DNA from: an uncultured Acidobacteriota bacterium
GTDB lineage: Bacteria; Acidobacteriota; Terriglobia; Acidiferrales; UBA7541
Reading direction: 5' to 3'
DNA length: 64,000 bases
NCBI GenBank assembly: GCA_963832265.1
Contig: CAWHTN010000008.1
Location: forward strand, 34,527-98,526
Of this stretch, positions 1 to 9,534 are shown piece after piece. A program made the position numbers and the translations under genes. Position 1 is the stretch's first letter, and the number at the start of each line of letters is the position of its first letter. The notes beneath the pieces are model-generated. The model saw nothing but the letters and a program-made list of their open reading frames with translations. It was not told the DNA's origin and made no database searches.

Positions 1-1
1 A

Positions 2-784
2 ACCACCGATGTGTTTCGCGTTTTTGCGCGCGGCGAATTGCAGCTCGCCATCCTGATCGAAACGATGCGCCGCGAAGGCTACGAGCTGATGGTCGGCAAG
101 CCGGAAATCGTGGTGCGCGAGGAAAACGGCAAGAAACTCGAGCCGCTCGAGCGGTTGGTGGTCGATTGCCCGGAATCGTTTGTCGGCGTGGTGATGGAAT
201 CGCTCGGCCGGCGCCGCGGCGAGCTTGGAAAAATGGTGAATCACGGCTCGGGCTGGGTGCGCATGGAGTTCACGATTCCCTCGCGCGGCCTGATCGGATT
301 GCGCGGCCAGTTGCTCACGGACACGCGCGGCACCGCGCAGCTTCACACCTTGTTCGAGGGCTGGACCGAATACGGCGGCGAAATGGCCTCGCGCCCGACC
401 GGCGCGCTCGCGGCCGACCGCGCCGGCCACACCACCGCCTTCGCGTTGTGGAACCTGCAGGAGCGCGGCGAACTTTTCGTCGGCCCGGGCGAGGAAGTCT
501 ACGAAGGCATGGTCGTCGGGGAAAACTCGCGCGACGCCGACATGGACGTCAACGTCACCAAGGAAAAAAAGCAGACCAACATGCGCGCGTCGAGCGCCGA
601 CGAGGCCATCCGCCTGATCCCGCACCGCCAGTTGAGCCTCGAACAAGCCATCGAGTTCATCGCCGACGACGAACTCGTCGAAGTCACGCCGAAATCCATC
701 CGCCTGCGCAAGAAAATTCTCGACACCAAGAAGCGCCCCAAGCGCTGGCAGTTGATCCGCGCCAACGCCGAGGCTTCGCAATGA
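2..784 (+). CDS. typA: GTP-binding translation factor TypA/BipA, C-terminal part (5' end outside window)
   Basis: Frame open from window edge to TGA 782-784. The translation ([42 protein letters not shown]) matches the EF-G-like domains and C-terminal domain of TypA/BipA. Confidence 0.9.
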   Translation, partial: TTDVFRVFARGELQLAILIETMRREGYELMVGKPEIVVREENGKKLEPLERLVVDCPESFVGVVMESLGRRRGELGKMVNHGSGWVRMEFTIPSRGLIGLRGQLLTDTRGTAQLHTLFEGWTEYGGEMASRPTGALAADRAGHTTAFALWNLQERGELFVGPGEEVYEGMVVGENSRDADMDVNVTKEKKQTNMRASSADEAIRLIPHRQLSLEQAIEFIADDELVEVTPKSIRLRKKILDTKKRPKRWQLIRANAEASQ

Positions 785-785
785 A

Positions 786-898
786 GTAGCACAGACTTCA
801 GTCTGTGGGTTTCCATCAGATCTTGGAAGGCGCGCAATCTTGGCAGCCACCCGGCCCCGGCTCACTTACGGACCCCCACAGACTGAAGTCTGTGCTAC
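786..898. repeat. REP doublet (REPIN-like), class A
   Basis: GTAGCACAGACTTCAGTCTGTGGG (786-809) and its inverted copy CCCACAGACTGAAGTCTGTGCTAC (875-898). The same unit recurs at 13347, 19692/19766 and 51515/51563. Confidence 0.85.
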
Positions 899-904
899 TC
901 GAAT

Positions 905-3512
905 CTACTCGCCTGCCGCATGCGCCTTCGCAATTTCCTTCTTCTCCTGATCCTGGCCCAATTCCGCCACGCACTGCTCGAGGACTCGCGCGATCTCCTG
1001 CGGGTCCGATCCCGCAGGAAATTCCACGGGTTTGCCGATGTGGACTCGAATGCGGCCGGGGCGGTTGAACTTGCTGCGCGCTTCGCGAATATCATACGCG
1101 CCGTCGATGCGCATGGGCAGGACGGAAAGTTTCAGATTGCTGGCGAGCAGGCCGATGCCGCCGCGGAACGGCTGCAATTTTCCGTCCGGCGTAAGATCGC
1201 CTTCCGGGAAATACAAGAATGGTCCATCCGCGATCGGCCAAATCCCCGGCAAAGCGGAAGCTTTCGCGGAAGCCGGATTTTTTGGGCAACGGAAACACGT
1301 TGAAGAGGGAGACAACCAGAAAATAATTCATCCGGTTCAGCCAGCGCCGCAAAAAAAACCATTCGCGCGGAGGCCGGCGCATTTCCGCGAGGCGCTCTCC
1401 GCCCATCGCCACTGCAAGTCGATGACGGAAACGCACAGGCAGCGCCGCCAGCACAAACCCCACATCCAGATAGATCACGTGATTGGAAATCACGAGAACG
1501 GGACCCTTCACGCCGCGTAGATTCTCGCGCCCAAATACGCGCGGGTGAGCCATCAAATGAGTCGCGGGCCAGGTCAGCAGGTAATAAAAGAATGTACGCA
1601 TCCACGTCACCGGCCAGCGCTGCGCCCACCGGGGAAACACAAATTCGGATCGAGCGGGCGATGACCCGCGCACCAGACTCTCGAGTTCGCCGACAGTCCT
1701 GGCCGAGGCGAAACGCGTTTCGTTCAGGTCCACCTGGTAGCGGTCTTCGATCGCGCCCAACAGCTCGACGCGATCGAGCGAACTCAAGCGCAGATCGCTG
1801 TCGAGATTCGCATTCGGGTCGACTTCGTTGCCTCCGCCTTTCACCCGCGCGATCAGTTCCCCGATTCCGCCAGTCGTAGCCGGCCAGTTCCCGGCGCCGC
1901 CCCCATTGCCCCATTGCGCTTCAACCGACGCGCGAATCTCGGCGAGCTTCGGTTTGCCGGTGGACGTGCGCGGAAAATCCGCTTCAGGCCACAGGAACCA
2001 CGAGCGCATCCTTTGATATTCCGCCAGGGATTCGTTCACGCGCGCGACAATCCCCGCGGCATGGCGCGGCTGTTTCACCCGCTTTTCGTCGTTCAATAGC
2101 AGAACGCCGCAGGGCTCGGCGTTTCCCCCGCGTTCGAGTCCCACCACCACGCAGTCCTTCACTTCCGGTTCGCGCCGCAACAAAGCTTCAAGGTCTTCGG
2201 GATAGACGTTCATGCCCGCGGGCGTGACGATGACGTTTTTCTTGCGCCCCTTGAAATACAAATTCCCCTGGGCATCGAGCGCGCCCAGGTCCCCGGTGCG
2301 AAACCACCCCGCGTCCTCGCCGTTCTTCGCGACAGCGAGAGTCTCGCCGTCCTCCCAATATCTCGCCGCGATATTTTCTCCGCGCACGAGAATTTCGCCG
2401 TTCTCATCCAATTTCACTTCGCGGCCTTGTAGCACTTTCCCAATCGAGCCTCGCCCGATGCGAAACGGGTGATTCACGCTGACCAGCGAAGTCGTTTCCG
2501 TCAGCCCGTAGCCTTGAATTGCGGCGAATCCGGTGCGGCCCCAGAATCGCTCCGTTTCCGGGTCCAGCGTCGCGCCGCCGGAAATGACGGCCCAGAATTT
2601 CCAGCCAAACCGCCGGTGAATTTTCCGGAATCGCCACATGCGGCGGAGAACCTTTTCATTCTCGGCGGCGGCAAAATCCTTGCGAAACGCTTCGAGCGCC
2701 CCCTCCGCCTCGAGATCGCGCTCGATCTTGCCCTGCAGCGCTTCGAGCACACGCGGCACCGCAACTAGAACCGACACGCGCTCCTTCCGGATCGTCGAAA
2801 TGATTTCCGACGGGTTGAGCGAATCCTGAAAGTGGACGCAGCCACCGAGCAGCGGCGGGATCCACACGCCCATGAATTGCCCGAAGACGTGGCTGACGGG
2901 AACAAGATCGAGAAATCGCAGCGGGTGAACGAAGCGTTCCCACTTGAGGTACGGCTGCATCCCCGCTTCGAGCGGCTCGAGGTTGGCGAGAATGTTGCCG
3001 TGCGAAATCACCACGCCTTTCGGTTCAGCCGTCGCGCCCGAAGTAAAGATGATCTGCGCGATCGAGCTGCGGGTAAGAGGAGGAGAGACGTAAGGTTCGC
3101 TTGAATGCTTGCCCACGGCTTCCCGGAGGGAATCGAAAAGGATTGCGGGCCTCTGTTCACCAATCAGTAAATTCTCACGATCGGCCAGCACGAGCCTGGC
3201 GTCCACCTGCCGCGCCACGCGGCCGGCGAATTCCGCCGTGGCCCCTTGATCCATCGGCACAGCGACCGCGCCGCGCAGGATGCATCCGAAAAACGCGGCC
3301 ACCCATTCCGCGGAGTTCCGTCCCCACAGCAGGATCCGGTCACCGGGCGCAATTCCAACCCGCTCAAATTCCCGGGCGCATTGCGCTGCAAGGCCCGCGA
3401 CGTCGCGATAGGACGAGCGCGAAGTCCGGTAGCCGGAGCGCCGCACAAATGCCGTGCTGCGGCCGTGTTTAGGGTATTCCTGAAGGTAATCGATCAGCGA
3501 CTGGCGAGGCAT
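905..3512 (-). CDS. Fusion protein: AMP-dependent acyl-CoA/acyl-carrier ligase + phosphopantetheine carrier domain + PlsC-type acyltransferase; reading frame broken near 1206
   Basis: ORF 1092..3596 has adenylation motifs (IIFTSGATAEPKGV, GYGLTETT, WFRTGDLG, STGKPK), a carrier motif (LRLSSLDRVEL) and the HX4D block NHVIYLD. The FPEG block and the rest of the acyltransferase domain continue in the adjacent frame (ORF 905..1315). Likely start is Met-29, MPRQSLIDYL, at 3512. Confidence 0.75.
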
Positions 3513-3750
3513 GGCTGGGGTCCCGCTCCTCCCAGGTGGGCGGCGTCTCAAGAGAAGAGTAACCCTATTTGGCCCATCGTGACGAGGCGCGTCCAAAAAA
3601 CGGCACGCGGACCGGTAAATAGCGAGGGTATAGGAAGAGTCAAACGCAAATGTTAAAATACGCTAAAAATCCTGTAACATAATGAAAATAATATGGGTTA
3701 TTGCGTTCTACCGCCCTGGAAAGGCCTTTATTTTCTGGATACGATCCATC

Positions 3751-3780
3751 TAGACAATAAATGCACTTTTTTGGTAAAAT
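3751..3780 (+). promoter_or_regulatory. Candidate sigma70-type promoter of the csp gene
   Basis: TAGACA (3751-3756), 18-nt spacer, TGgTAAAAT extended -10 (3772-3780), inside an AT-rich 360-bp intergenic region. It predicts a ~170-nt leader as in cspA-type genes. Confidence 0.4.
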
Positions 3781-3958
3781 TGCCTTGCGTTTGTTGCTCT
3801 TGTGATTCCTTTTGACTCGTTCAACGGGGCTGCAAGTCTAACTCTTGCAGCCGTTTGTTTGTACGGGCTAGAGGCAGTCAAGGCCCCCGCACCCCGCCCT
3901 GCGTGGCGCGCCGGTCAGTACGAGAAGCGCAAATAGCTTTTAAAGCGAGGTAGTAGAA

Positions 3959-4162
3959 GTGAAAGAACAAGGAACAGTGAAGTGGTTCAATGCCAGCAAA
4001 GGCTACGGGTTCATCCAGCGCCAGTCCGGCGAGGATGTATTTGTCCATTTTTCGGCAATCCAGATGGACGGATACAAATCTCTAAACGAAGGGCAAGCGG
4101 TTGAATTCGAGGTCCGCAAGGGCCCCAAGGGCCTGCAGGCGGAGAACGTTACCGGCCTCTAG
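3959..4162 (+). CDS. Cold-shock protein, CspA family
   Basis: 67 aa with GTG start after GAGG. RNP1/RNP2-type motifs KGYGFI and VFVHFS; GTVKWFN at the N-terminus. Confidence 0.92.
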   Translation: MKEQGTVKWFNASKGYGFIQRQSGEDVFVHFSAIQMDGYKSLNEGQAVEFEVRKGPKGLQAENVTGL

Positions 4163-4176
4163 TCTGACAAACGTGG

Positions 4177-4210
4177 GTCCGTCCCGCCCGCCGCGGCGGG
4201 CGGGACGGAC
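4177..4210 (+). terminator. Perfect GC-rich hairpin after csp (terminator/attenuator candidate, no T-tract)
   Basis: GTCCGTCCCGCCCGCC-gc-GGCGGGCGGGACGGAC, a 16-bp stem. It lies between the csp stop (4160-4162) and the next small ORF. Confidence 0.35.
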
Positions 4211-4265
4211 TCGCTCCCTCGCAGCAAGTGCTCCGCAGGTGCCAGAAGCAAACAAGGAGGCAGTT

Positions 4266-4508
4266 GTGCAGGTTCTTTCCGAAGGGCAGTGCATCAAGCA
4301 CGAGCAGTACGGATACGGAATCGTGGCGGAATCCGATGGCGAGCGCACGACGATTGATTTCGACAGCGTCGGCATGAAGAAGTTCGTCACCGGCCTCATG
4401 GCCATGGAGCTTGTGGGAGAAGCGCCCGAACGGCCCACCAAGCCACGCCGGCGCAGCAAGAAAGCCGGCGCGACAGCTGCCGCAAAAGTAGCCGCGGCCA
4501 GCAAGTAA
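4266..4508 (+). CDS. Small protein with PcrA/UvrD C-terminal tudor-like (DUF3553-like) pattern and basic tail
   Basis: GTG start 5 nt after AAGGAGG (4254-4260). GQCIKHEQYGYGIVAE...TIDFDSVGMKKF resembles the G-x-V-x-H-x-x-FG-x-G-x-V ... V-x-F tudor-like module. Function tentative. Confidence 0.5.
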   Translation: MQVLSEGQCIKHEQYGYGIVAESDGERTTIDFDSVGMKKFVTGLMAMELVGEAPERPTKPRRRSKKAGATAAAKVAAASK

Positions 4509-4636
4509 ATCAGGGACACGCGAAATTTCCCAGCCAAGGGTCGCGAGCAGAACGCCGATAGGGTGCAAGTGTGCGCATGCTCGTGCGTGTCAAAACTCAC
4601 CACACCGCATGCTGAAAGTGGATGCTTTGTCCTTGG

Positions 4637-5539
4637 CTACGCCCTGGCTGCTTTCCCACGAAATGCGGGAGCGAACACTTCGGCGACAAACGTCTCCAGC
4701 GTCGTAGGCGTGGTGTTCCGGGCCGAGCGCGGTTCCTGCGACTTCATGTGGCCCGTGTTCAACGCATCGGACATTTCCAGAAGCAAATCCACCATATTGG
4801 AAGACATGCCCATCTGCATCATGGCCGGCTTCAGGACGGTAGCCGGAACCTGCCTGTAAGTCAGATCGGGTTTCCCGATCGCGGCGCCAATGATTTTTGC
4901 CGCTTCCGCGTAGGTCACATGCCGCGCGCCCAGCAGCTCACGCGTTTGCATTCCAACGAAATCCAATTTCGCGAGCGATTCAGCCGCAGCCTCGCCGATA
5001 TCACGCGTATAGATCATCGGCAACGGCACGTCTACGCGGACTGGACCCGCCATGAACCCAAGCTTTTGAATGATGCCTACCTGAGGGAGCAAGTTCTCCA
5101 TGAAATAGCCGCAGCGAAGGGATAATACGTTGAGCCCGTCAATCGATTGAAGCTTCTGCTCCAGGCCGTGCACACCCATGACGGGCCCGGTGCCGTACGT
5201 CTTGTCCGCCCCGGTGCTGCTGAGGGCGATCGCGTAAGCAATCCCGTTTTTTCGTATGGCCGAGGCCAGGGAATCGGTCACCCGTTCCTGGTACGCGCGA
5301 ACATCCGGCGCCGAGATGTTCGGCGGCATGACGGCGTAGACGGCGCGCGCGCCGGAAAATGCTTTTTCGAGGGCTGCCGCGTCGGTCATATCGGCCACAA
5401 TAGCTTCCGCGCCATTCTTGGTGAATCGTTCCAGCCGCTTGGCGTCCCGGCCAATGACGCGCACCTTGGCTCCAGTGGCCAGCAGCTTTTCCGCCGCTGT
5501 ACTTCCCGTATTCCCCGTGGCTCCTGTAATGACGTACAT
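4637..5539 (-). CDS. NmrA-like / NAD(P)H-binding atypical SDR
   Basis: N-terminal Rossmann motif MYVITGATGNTGS; 300 aa; NmrA-family-like length and layout. Confidence 0.7.
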   Translation of the reverse strand: MYVITGATGNTGSTAAEKLLATGAKVRVIGRDAKRLERFTKNGAEAIVADMTDAAALEKAFSGARAVYAVMPPNISAPDVRAYQERVTDSLASAIRKNGIAYAIALSSTGADKTYGTGPVMGVHGLEQKLQSIDGLNVLSLRCGYFMENLLPQVGIIQKLGFMAGPVRVDVPLPMIYTRDIGEAAAESLAKLDFVGMQTRELLGARHVTYAEAAKIIGAAIGKPDLTYRQVPATVLKPAMMQMGMSSNMVDLLLEMSDALNTGHMKSQEPRSARNTTPTTLETFVAEVFAPAFRGKAARA

Positions 5540-5768
5540 AGCGCCTCCTCACCGTCGCGTTCTTATACGGCTATTGTTGTCCCGTTATATAAGAGTACTG
5601 CCGTTCCCTGCGGTTTCAAACTACGTTCTTTCTGCGGAGCAAGACCCCAAGTAGACGCCGCTCGGCGCCCAGTCCCACGGGTAGCGGTAGTTTCCGCGGG
5701 ATGCTCGGTGCTATACTTTGATGCGCCAATAGCGGTCCCCGCACTGCGTTTACGGCCCATGATTCCGC

Positions 5769-5859
5769 GGAGAGGTGCTGGAGTGGCCGAACAGGGCTGA
5801 CTGCTAATCAGTTTCACCCCAAAAGGGTGACGGGGGTTCGAATCCCCCCCTCTCCGCCA
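5769..5859 (+). tRNA. tRNA-Ser (anticodon GCT), CCA encoded
   Basis: Acceptor GGAGAGG/CCTCTCC. Anticodon loop CTGCTAA on stem GCTGA/TCAGT. Long variable arm CACCCC-aaaa-GGGTGA. T arm GGGGG-TTCGAAT-CCCCC. Discriminator G + CCA. Confidence 0.9.
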
Positions 5860-6041
5860 GAATTTTCCCAATTCCATAAAAGGGGCGTGTAGATTCAGGA
5901 CACGTAATCCGCCGATCGCGCCGGATCGTGCTGGAGGCGGTGTTTTCCTTCTGCCATAATGAACGAGATGATCGGTGTATTTCGCTGAAATCAAGACGGC
6001 TACGAATGAGATTCTGGAACGATTGCTCTTGGATTTTATCA

Positions 6042-7721
6042 ATGCGAATTTGCATGCAGGTTCGCCGTGTCAATCCGCGCAGGCGCTCGTATTTGGCTGT
6101 CCTGTGCGCGATTCCTTTCTGCTTGCTCGCTTGCGGCAATCAAGGCCACCCGCTAATAAGCGCCCCCGCCGTTACAGTCGGTTCCACACTGGCATCCGAA
6201 CAAGTCCTCAATCGCCATCTGGAAGCCGACCCACGCACGCTCGATCCGAGTCTGCTTACCGACGTCGTGGGGCAGCGCGTTCTCGACGACCTGTTCGAGG
6301 GATTGGTGACCCTGGATGAGCAAGGGCGCAACGCTCCGGGCGTCGCGACGTCGTGGGAAACAAGCTCCGACGGAAAAACCTGGACGTTTCAGTTGCGCGA
6401 CAACGCCAAGTGGTCCAACGGCCTGCCGGTCACCGCGGACGATTTTGTCTACGCCTGGCGCCGCCAGGTGGATCCCGCCACGGGCTCGGAGTACTCTCAG
6501 GCGCTGGCGCCGATCGAGAATGCGATGGACGCGGCCGCCGGGAAGATGCCTCCCAGCAAGCTGGGAGTGGAGTCCGCCGGTCCGCACACTCTCGTCATCC
6601 ACCTTCGCGCCCCGACCGCTTACCTGCTATCCCTTCTGACCAACGCATATCTGTGTCCAATTTATGAGCCTGCGGTAAAACAATGGGGTGACAGTTGGAC
6701 GCAACCGGGGCACCTGATTTCAAACGGGCCCTTCCTTTTGTCCGAACGAGTCATCAACGGGCACATCACGCTCGACAAGAACCCATACTATTGGGACGCT
6801 GGCCGCGTGCGATTGACAAGAGTGATCTACCACAACGTCGGCGACAACGACGCCACCACGAGCCAATATTTAGCCGGCAATCTCGACTTTACCAATCGAT
6901 TCAACGTCTCCGAAACGGAACTGCTGAAGCAAGTCCTGGGGAGCCAAGTCGTGCTCTCCACCAGTTTTGCGACGGCGATGTTCAACTACAACTTCGCGAA
7001 ACCTCCCTTTCAGGGAAACGTTAAGTTGCGATTGGCGCTCAATATGGCCGTGGACCGTGAAATTCTGGAGAACTACATCGACCATGGAGTGGGGATTCCC
7101 GCCTACAACATGATTCCGCCGCTGGAGGGGTATACCCAAGCTATTCCGGATTGGGCGAAACTTTCTTCGGACGCGCGTCACGCCCTTGCTCGCAAGACGT
7201 ATCAAGAGGCCGGATACTCCGACGCGCATCCTCTCGAAGCGGTGCTCACCTATGCCAGCGGGGGGCCCGGAACGCGCCGCTACATGGAAGCGCTATCCGC
7301 AATGTGGCTGATGAATTTAGGCGCCAAGGTCCAGATCTATAACGAAGAATGGAAGGTATTTCTGCAGGCTCGCCAGATGAAACAGCCCGAGTTCTATTGG
7401 GCGGCCTGGAGCGGCGACTTTCCCGACCCGTTCACATTCATGCAGCTCTACCAGACCGGATTCGGCATGAATGAAGGAAGCTACAGCAACCCGAAATACG
7501 ACGCGCTGGTCGACCAGGCCGCCGGAATGGAAGACGGTCCCGCGCGCTTCGCTGTATTCCACCAAGCCGAAGAGATTCTCAATGAAGACGCGCCGTTCTT
7601 GCCGGTGTATTTCTATGTAAACCCGCATTTGATCAAACCCTATGTGAAGGGCTGGCAAGCGAATCTCTCGGATCGCAATTTGTCGCGCTACATGTATATT
7701 CTGACGCACCAGGAGAGCTAA
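6042..7721 (+). CDS. Peptide/nickel ABC transporter substrate-binding lipoprotein (family 5, OppA/DppA-like)
   Basis: Lipobox LLACG after a basic N-terminus (start ATG 6042 or 6054). Family-5 SBP-like sequence throughout. First gene of a BCDF-type operon. Confidence 0.85.
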   Translation: MRICMQVRRVNPRRRSYLAVLCAIPFCLLACGNQGHPLISAPAVTVGSTLASEQVLNRHLEADPRTLDPSLLTDVVGQRVLDDLFEGLVTLDEQGRNAPGVATSWETSSDGKTWTFQLRDNAKWSNGLPVTADDFVYAWRRQVDPATGSEYSQALAPIENAMDAAAGKMPPSKLGVESAGPHTLVIHLRAPTAYLLSLLTNAYLCPIYEPAVKQWGDSWTQPGHLISNGPFLLSERVINGHITLDKNPYYWDAGRVRLTRVIYHNVGDNDATTSQYLAGNLDFTNRFNVSETELLKQVLGSQVVLSTSFATAMFNYNFAKPPFQGNVKLRLALNMAVDREILENYIDHGVGIPAYNMIPPLEGYTQAIPDWAKLSSDARHALARKTYQEAGYSDAHPLEAVLTYASGGPGTRRYMEALSAMWLMNLGAKVQIYNEEWKVFLQARQMKQPEFYWAAWSGDFPDPFTFMQLYQTGFGMNEGSYSNPKYDALVDQAAGMEDGPARFAVFHQAEEILNEDAPFLPVYFYVNPHLIKPYVKGWQANLSDRNLSRYMYILTHQES

Positions 7722-7722
7722 C

Positions 7723-8643
7723 TTGCTGCGCTACGCCATTTCCCGGCTGCTGGGCGCCATTCCCACCGTGCTAGTCATCATCACGCTGTCTTTTATGTTA
7801 TTGCACGCCGCTCCCGGCGGCCCATTCGATTCGCAGAAAAAAATTCCTCCGGAGATCAAACAAAATATCGAGCGGAAGTATCACTTGGATGAGCCGCTGT
7901 ACAAACAGTATCTTCGTTATCTGGTTGGAATTCTCCAGGGTGATTTCGGCCCGTCCTATCAATACCGCGACACCACCGTGAACGAGATCATCCGGGAAGG
8001 TTTTCCGATTGATATTGTGATCGGAGGCTGCGCGCTGTTCGGTGCGCTCCTCATCGGCCTGCCGATTGGAATCATGGCCGCGCTTCGGCGTGACACCGGG
8101 TGGGACCATCTGCCGATGGGACTTTCGATGATTGGAATTTCCGTGCCTGTTTTCGTGGTTGCGCCGATTTTGATTCTGGTTTTCGCCGTAAATCTTCACT
8201 GGGTGCCGGCGGGCGGATGGGGAACAGGTGCGCCAAAGAATGTATTTCTGCCGGCCGCGGCGTTGGCGGCTCCATACATCGCCTATGTCGCACGCCTGAT
8301 GCGCGGCAGCATGGTCGAGGTTCTGAACAGCCCTTTCATTCTGATGGCCCGGGCCAAAGGCGTGCCGCAATACCTGGTGATCCTGCGTCACGCGCTGAAG
8401 CCGGCCCTGATGCCTTTGGTTTCCTTCCTTGGTCCGGCCGTCGTCGGCGTGATCACCGGATCGATCGTGATCGAAACGATCTTCGGCCTTCCGGGGATCG
8501 GCCGGGCCTTTGTCGACGGAGCGCTCAACCGGGATTACACGCTCGTGCTTGGCGTGACGATCCTGTACGGCGTGTTGATCGTGGTTTTCAATCTATTGGC
8601 GGACTTGAGTTATTCCGTGCTCGATCCCAGGGTGCGCTACTGA
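7723..8643 (+). CDS. Peptide ABC transporter permease (OppB/DppB-like)
   Basis: 306 aa, polytopic, BPD-transporter EAA-type region (ARAKGVPQYLVILRHALKPAL). TTG start 2 nt after the SBP stop. Confidence 0.85.
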   Translation: MLRYAISRLLGAIPTVLVIITLSFMLLHAAPGGPFDSQKKIPPEIKQNIERKYHLDEPLYKQYLRYLVGILQGDFGPSYQYRDTTVNEIIREGFPIDIVIGGCALFGALLIGLPIGIMAALRRDTGWDHLPMGLSMIGISVPVFVVAPILILVFAVNLHWVPAGGWGTGAPKNVFLPAAALAAPYIAYVARLMRGSMVEVLNSPFILMARAKGVPQYLVILRHALKPALMPLVSFLGPAVVGVITGSIVIETIFGLPGIGRAFVDGALNRDYTLVLGVTILYGVLIVVFNLLADLSYSVLDPRVRY

Positions 8644-9533
8644 TGGCAGCCACGACCGATGCTCTGAACATTTCCGCCGCGCCCGCAGGCCGCAGTCTTT
8701 GGCAGGACGCGTTCTCCCGCTTGTTATATAACCGGACCGCGGTGGCCAGCGGCGTTGTGCTCGGCGTGATCGTGCTGGCTTCGATTGTGGTCCCGTGGAT
8801 TTCTCCTTACAACTACTACACGCCGCAGTGGGCCCTTTTGAATGCGCCTCCCACGTTTCACGGCGGGCATATTTTCGGAACCGATGATCTGGGCCGAGAT
8901 CTCCTGGTGCGCGTGATGTGGGGCTGCCGCGTCTCCTTGCTGATCGGGATGGTGGCCAGCATCGTCAGCGTTGTCATTGGTGTTTTGTGGGGAGCGGCGG
9001 CGGGATTCGTTGGCGGACGCGTGGACTCCTTCATGATGCGCATCGTGGATATTCTGTACTCGGTGCCGTTTATCCCGTTCGTCATCGTGCTGGTCGTCAT
9101 GTTCGGCAGAAATCTACTGCTCATTTTTGTGGCGATTGGCGCGGTATCGTGGCTGGACATTGCCCGCATCGTGCGCGGCCAGACGCTCTCGCTGCGAAAC
9201 AAGGAGTTCATCGAAGCCGCGCGCGCGTCGGGAGTTCGCGGGCCGACCATCGTCACGCGGCATCTTGTCCCCAATCTCCTGGGCATCGTGATCATTTACG
9301 CGACGCTCACCGTTCCGTCGGTGATTCTTTTCGAGGCCTTTCTGAGTTTTCTCGGCCTCGGCGTGCAAGCGCCCATGACTTCGCTGGGTGTGCTGGTTTC
9401 CGACGGCGCGAGCGAATTGCAATCCTATCCTTACCTGTTGTTCATTCCGGCTGTTTTCCTTGCATCAATCGTGTACTGCTTAAACTATTTAGGCGACGGG
9501 CTGCGCGACGTGCTCGATCCGAAAGAGCGTTGA
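8643..9533 (+). CDS. Peptide ABC transporter permease (OppC/DppC-like)
   Basis: ATG 8643 overlaps the upstream stop (TGATG). Motif EAARASGVRGPTIVTRHLVPN. The 181-aa N-terminal extension of ORF 8100 lies inside the previous gene and is rejected. Confidence 0.85.
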   Translation: MAATTDALNISAAPAGRSLWQDAFSRLLYNRTAVASGVVLGVIVLASIVVPWISPYNYYTPQWALLNAPPTFHGGHIFGTDDLGRDLLVRVMWGCRVSLLIGMVASIVSVVIGVLWGAAAGFVGGRVDSFMMRIVDILYSVPFIPFVIVLVVMFGRNLLLIFVAIGAVSWLDIARIVRGQTLSLRNKEFIEAARASGVRGPTIVTRHLVPNLLGIVIIYATLTVPSVILFEAFLSFLGLGVQAPMTSLGVLVSDGASELQSYPYLLFIPAVFLASIVYCLNYLGDGLRDVLDPKER

Positions 9534-9534
9534 G

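Noticed and set aside
8100-8642. 181-aa N-terminal extension of the second permease ORF (8100..9533)
   Set aside because: It lies entirely inside the first permease gene in another frame and has Arg/Gly-rich shadow-ORF composition. ATG 8643 overlapping the upstream stop gives a normal OppC-like N-terminus.
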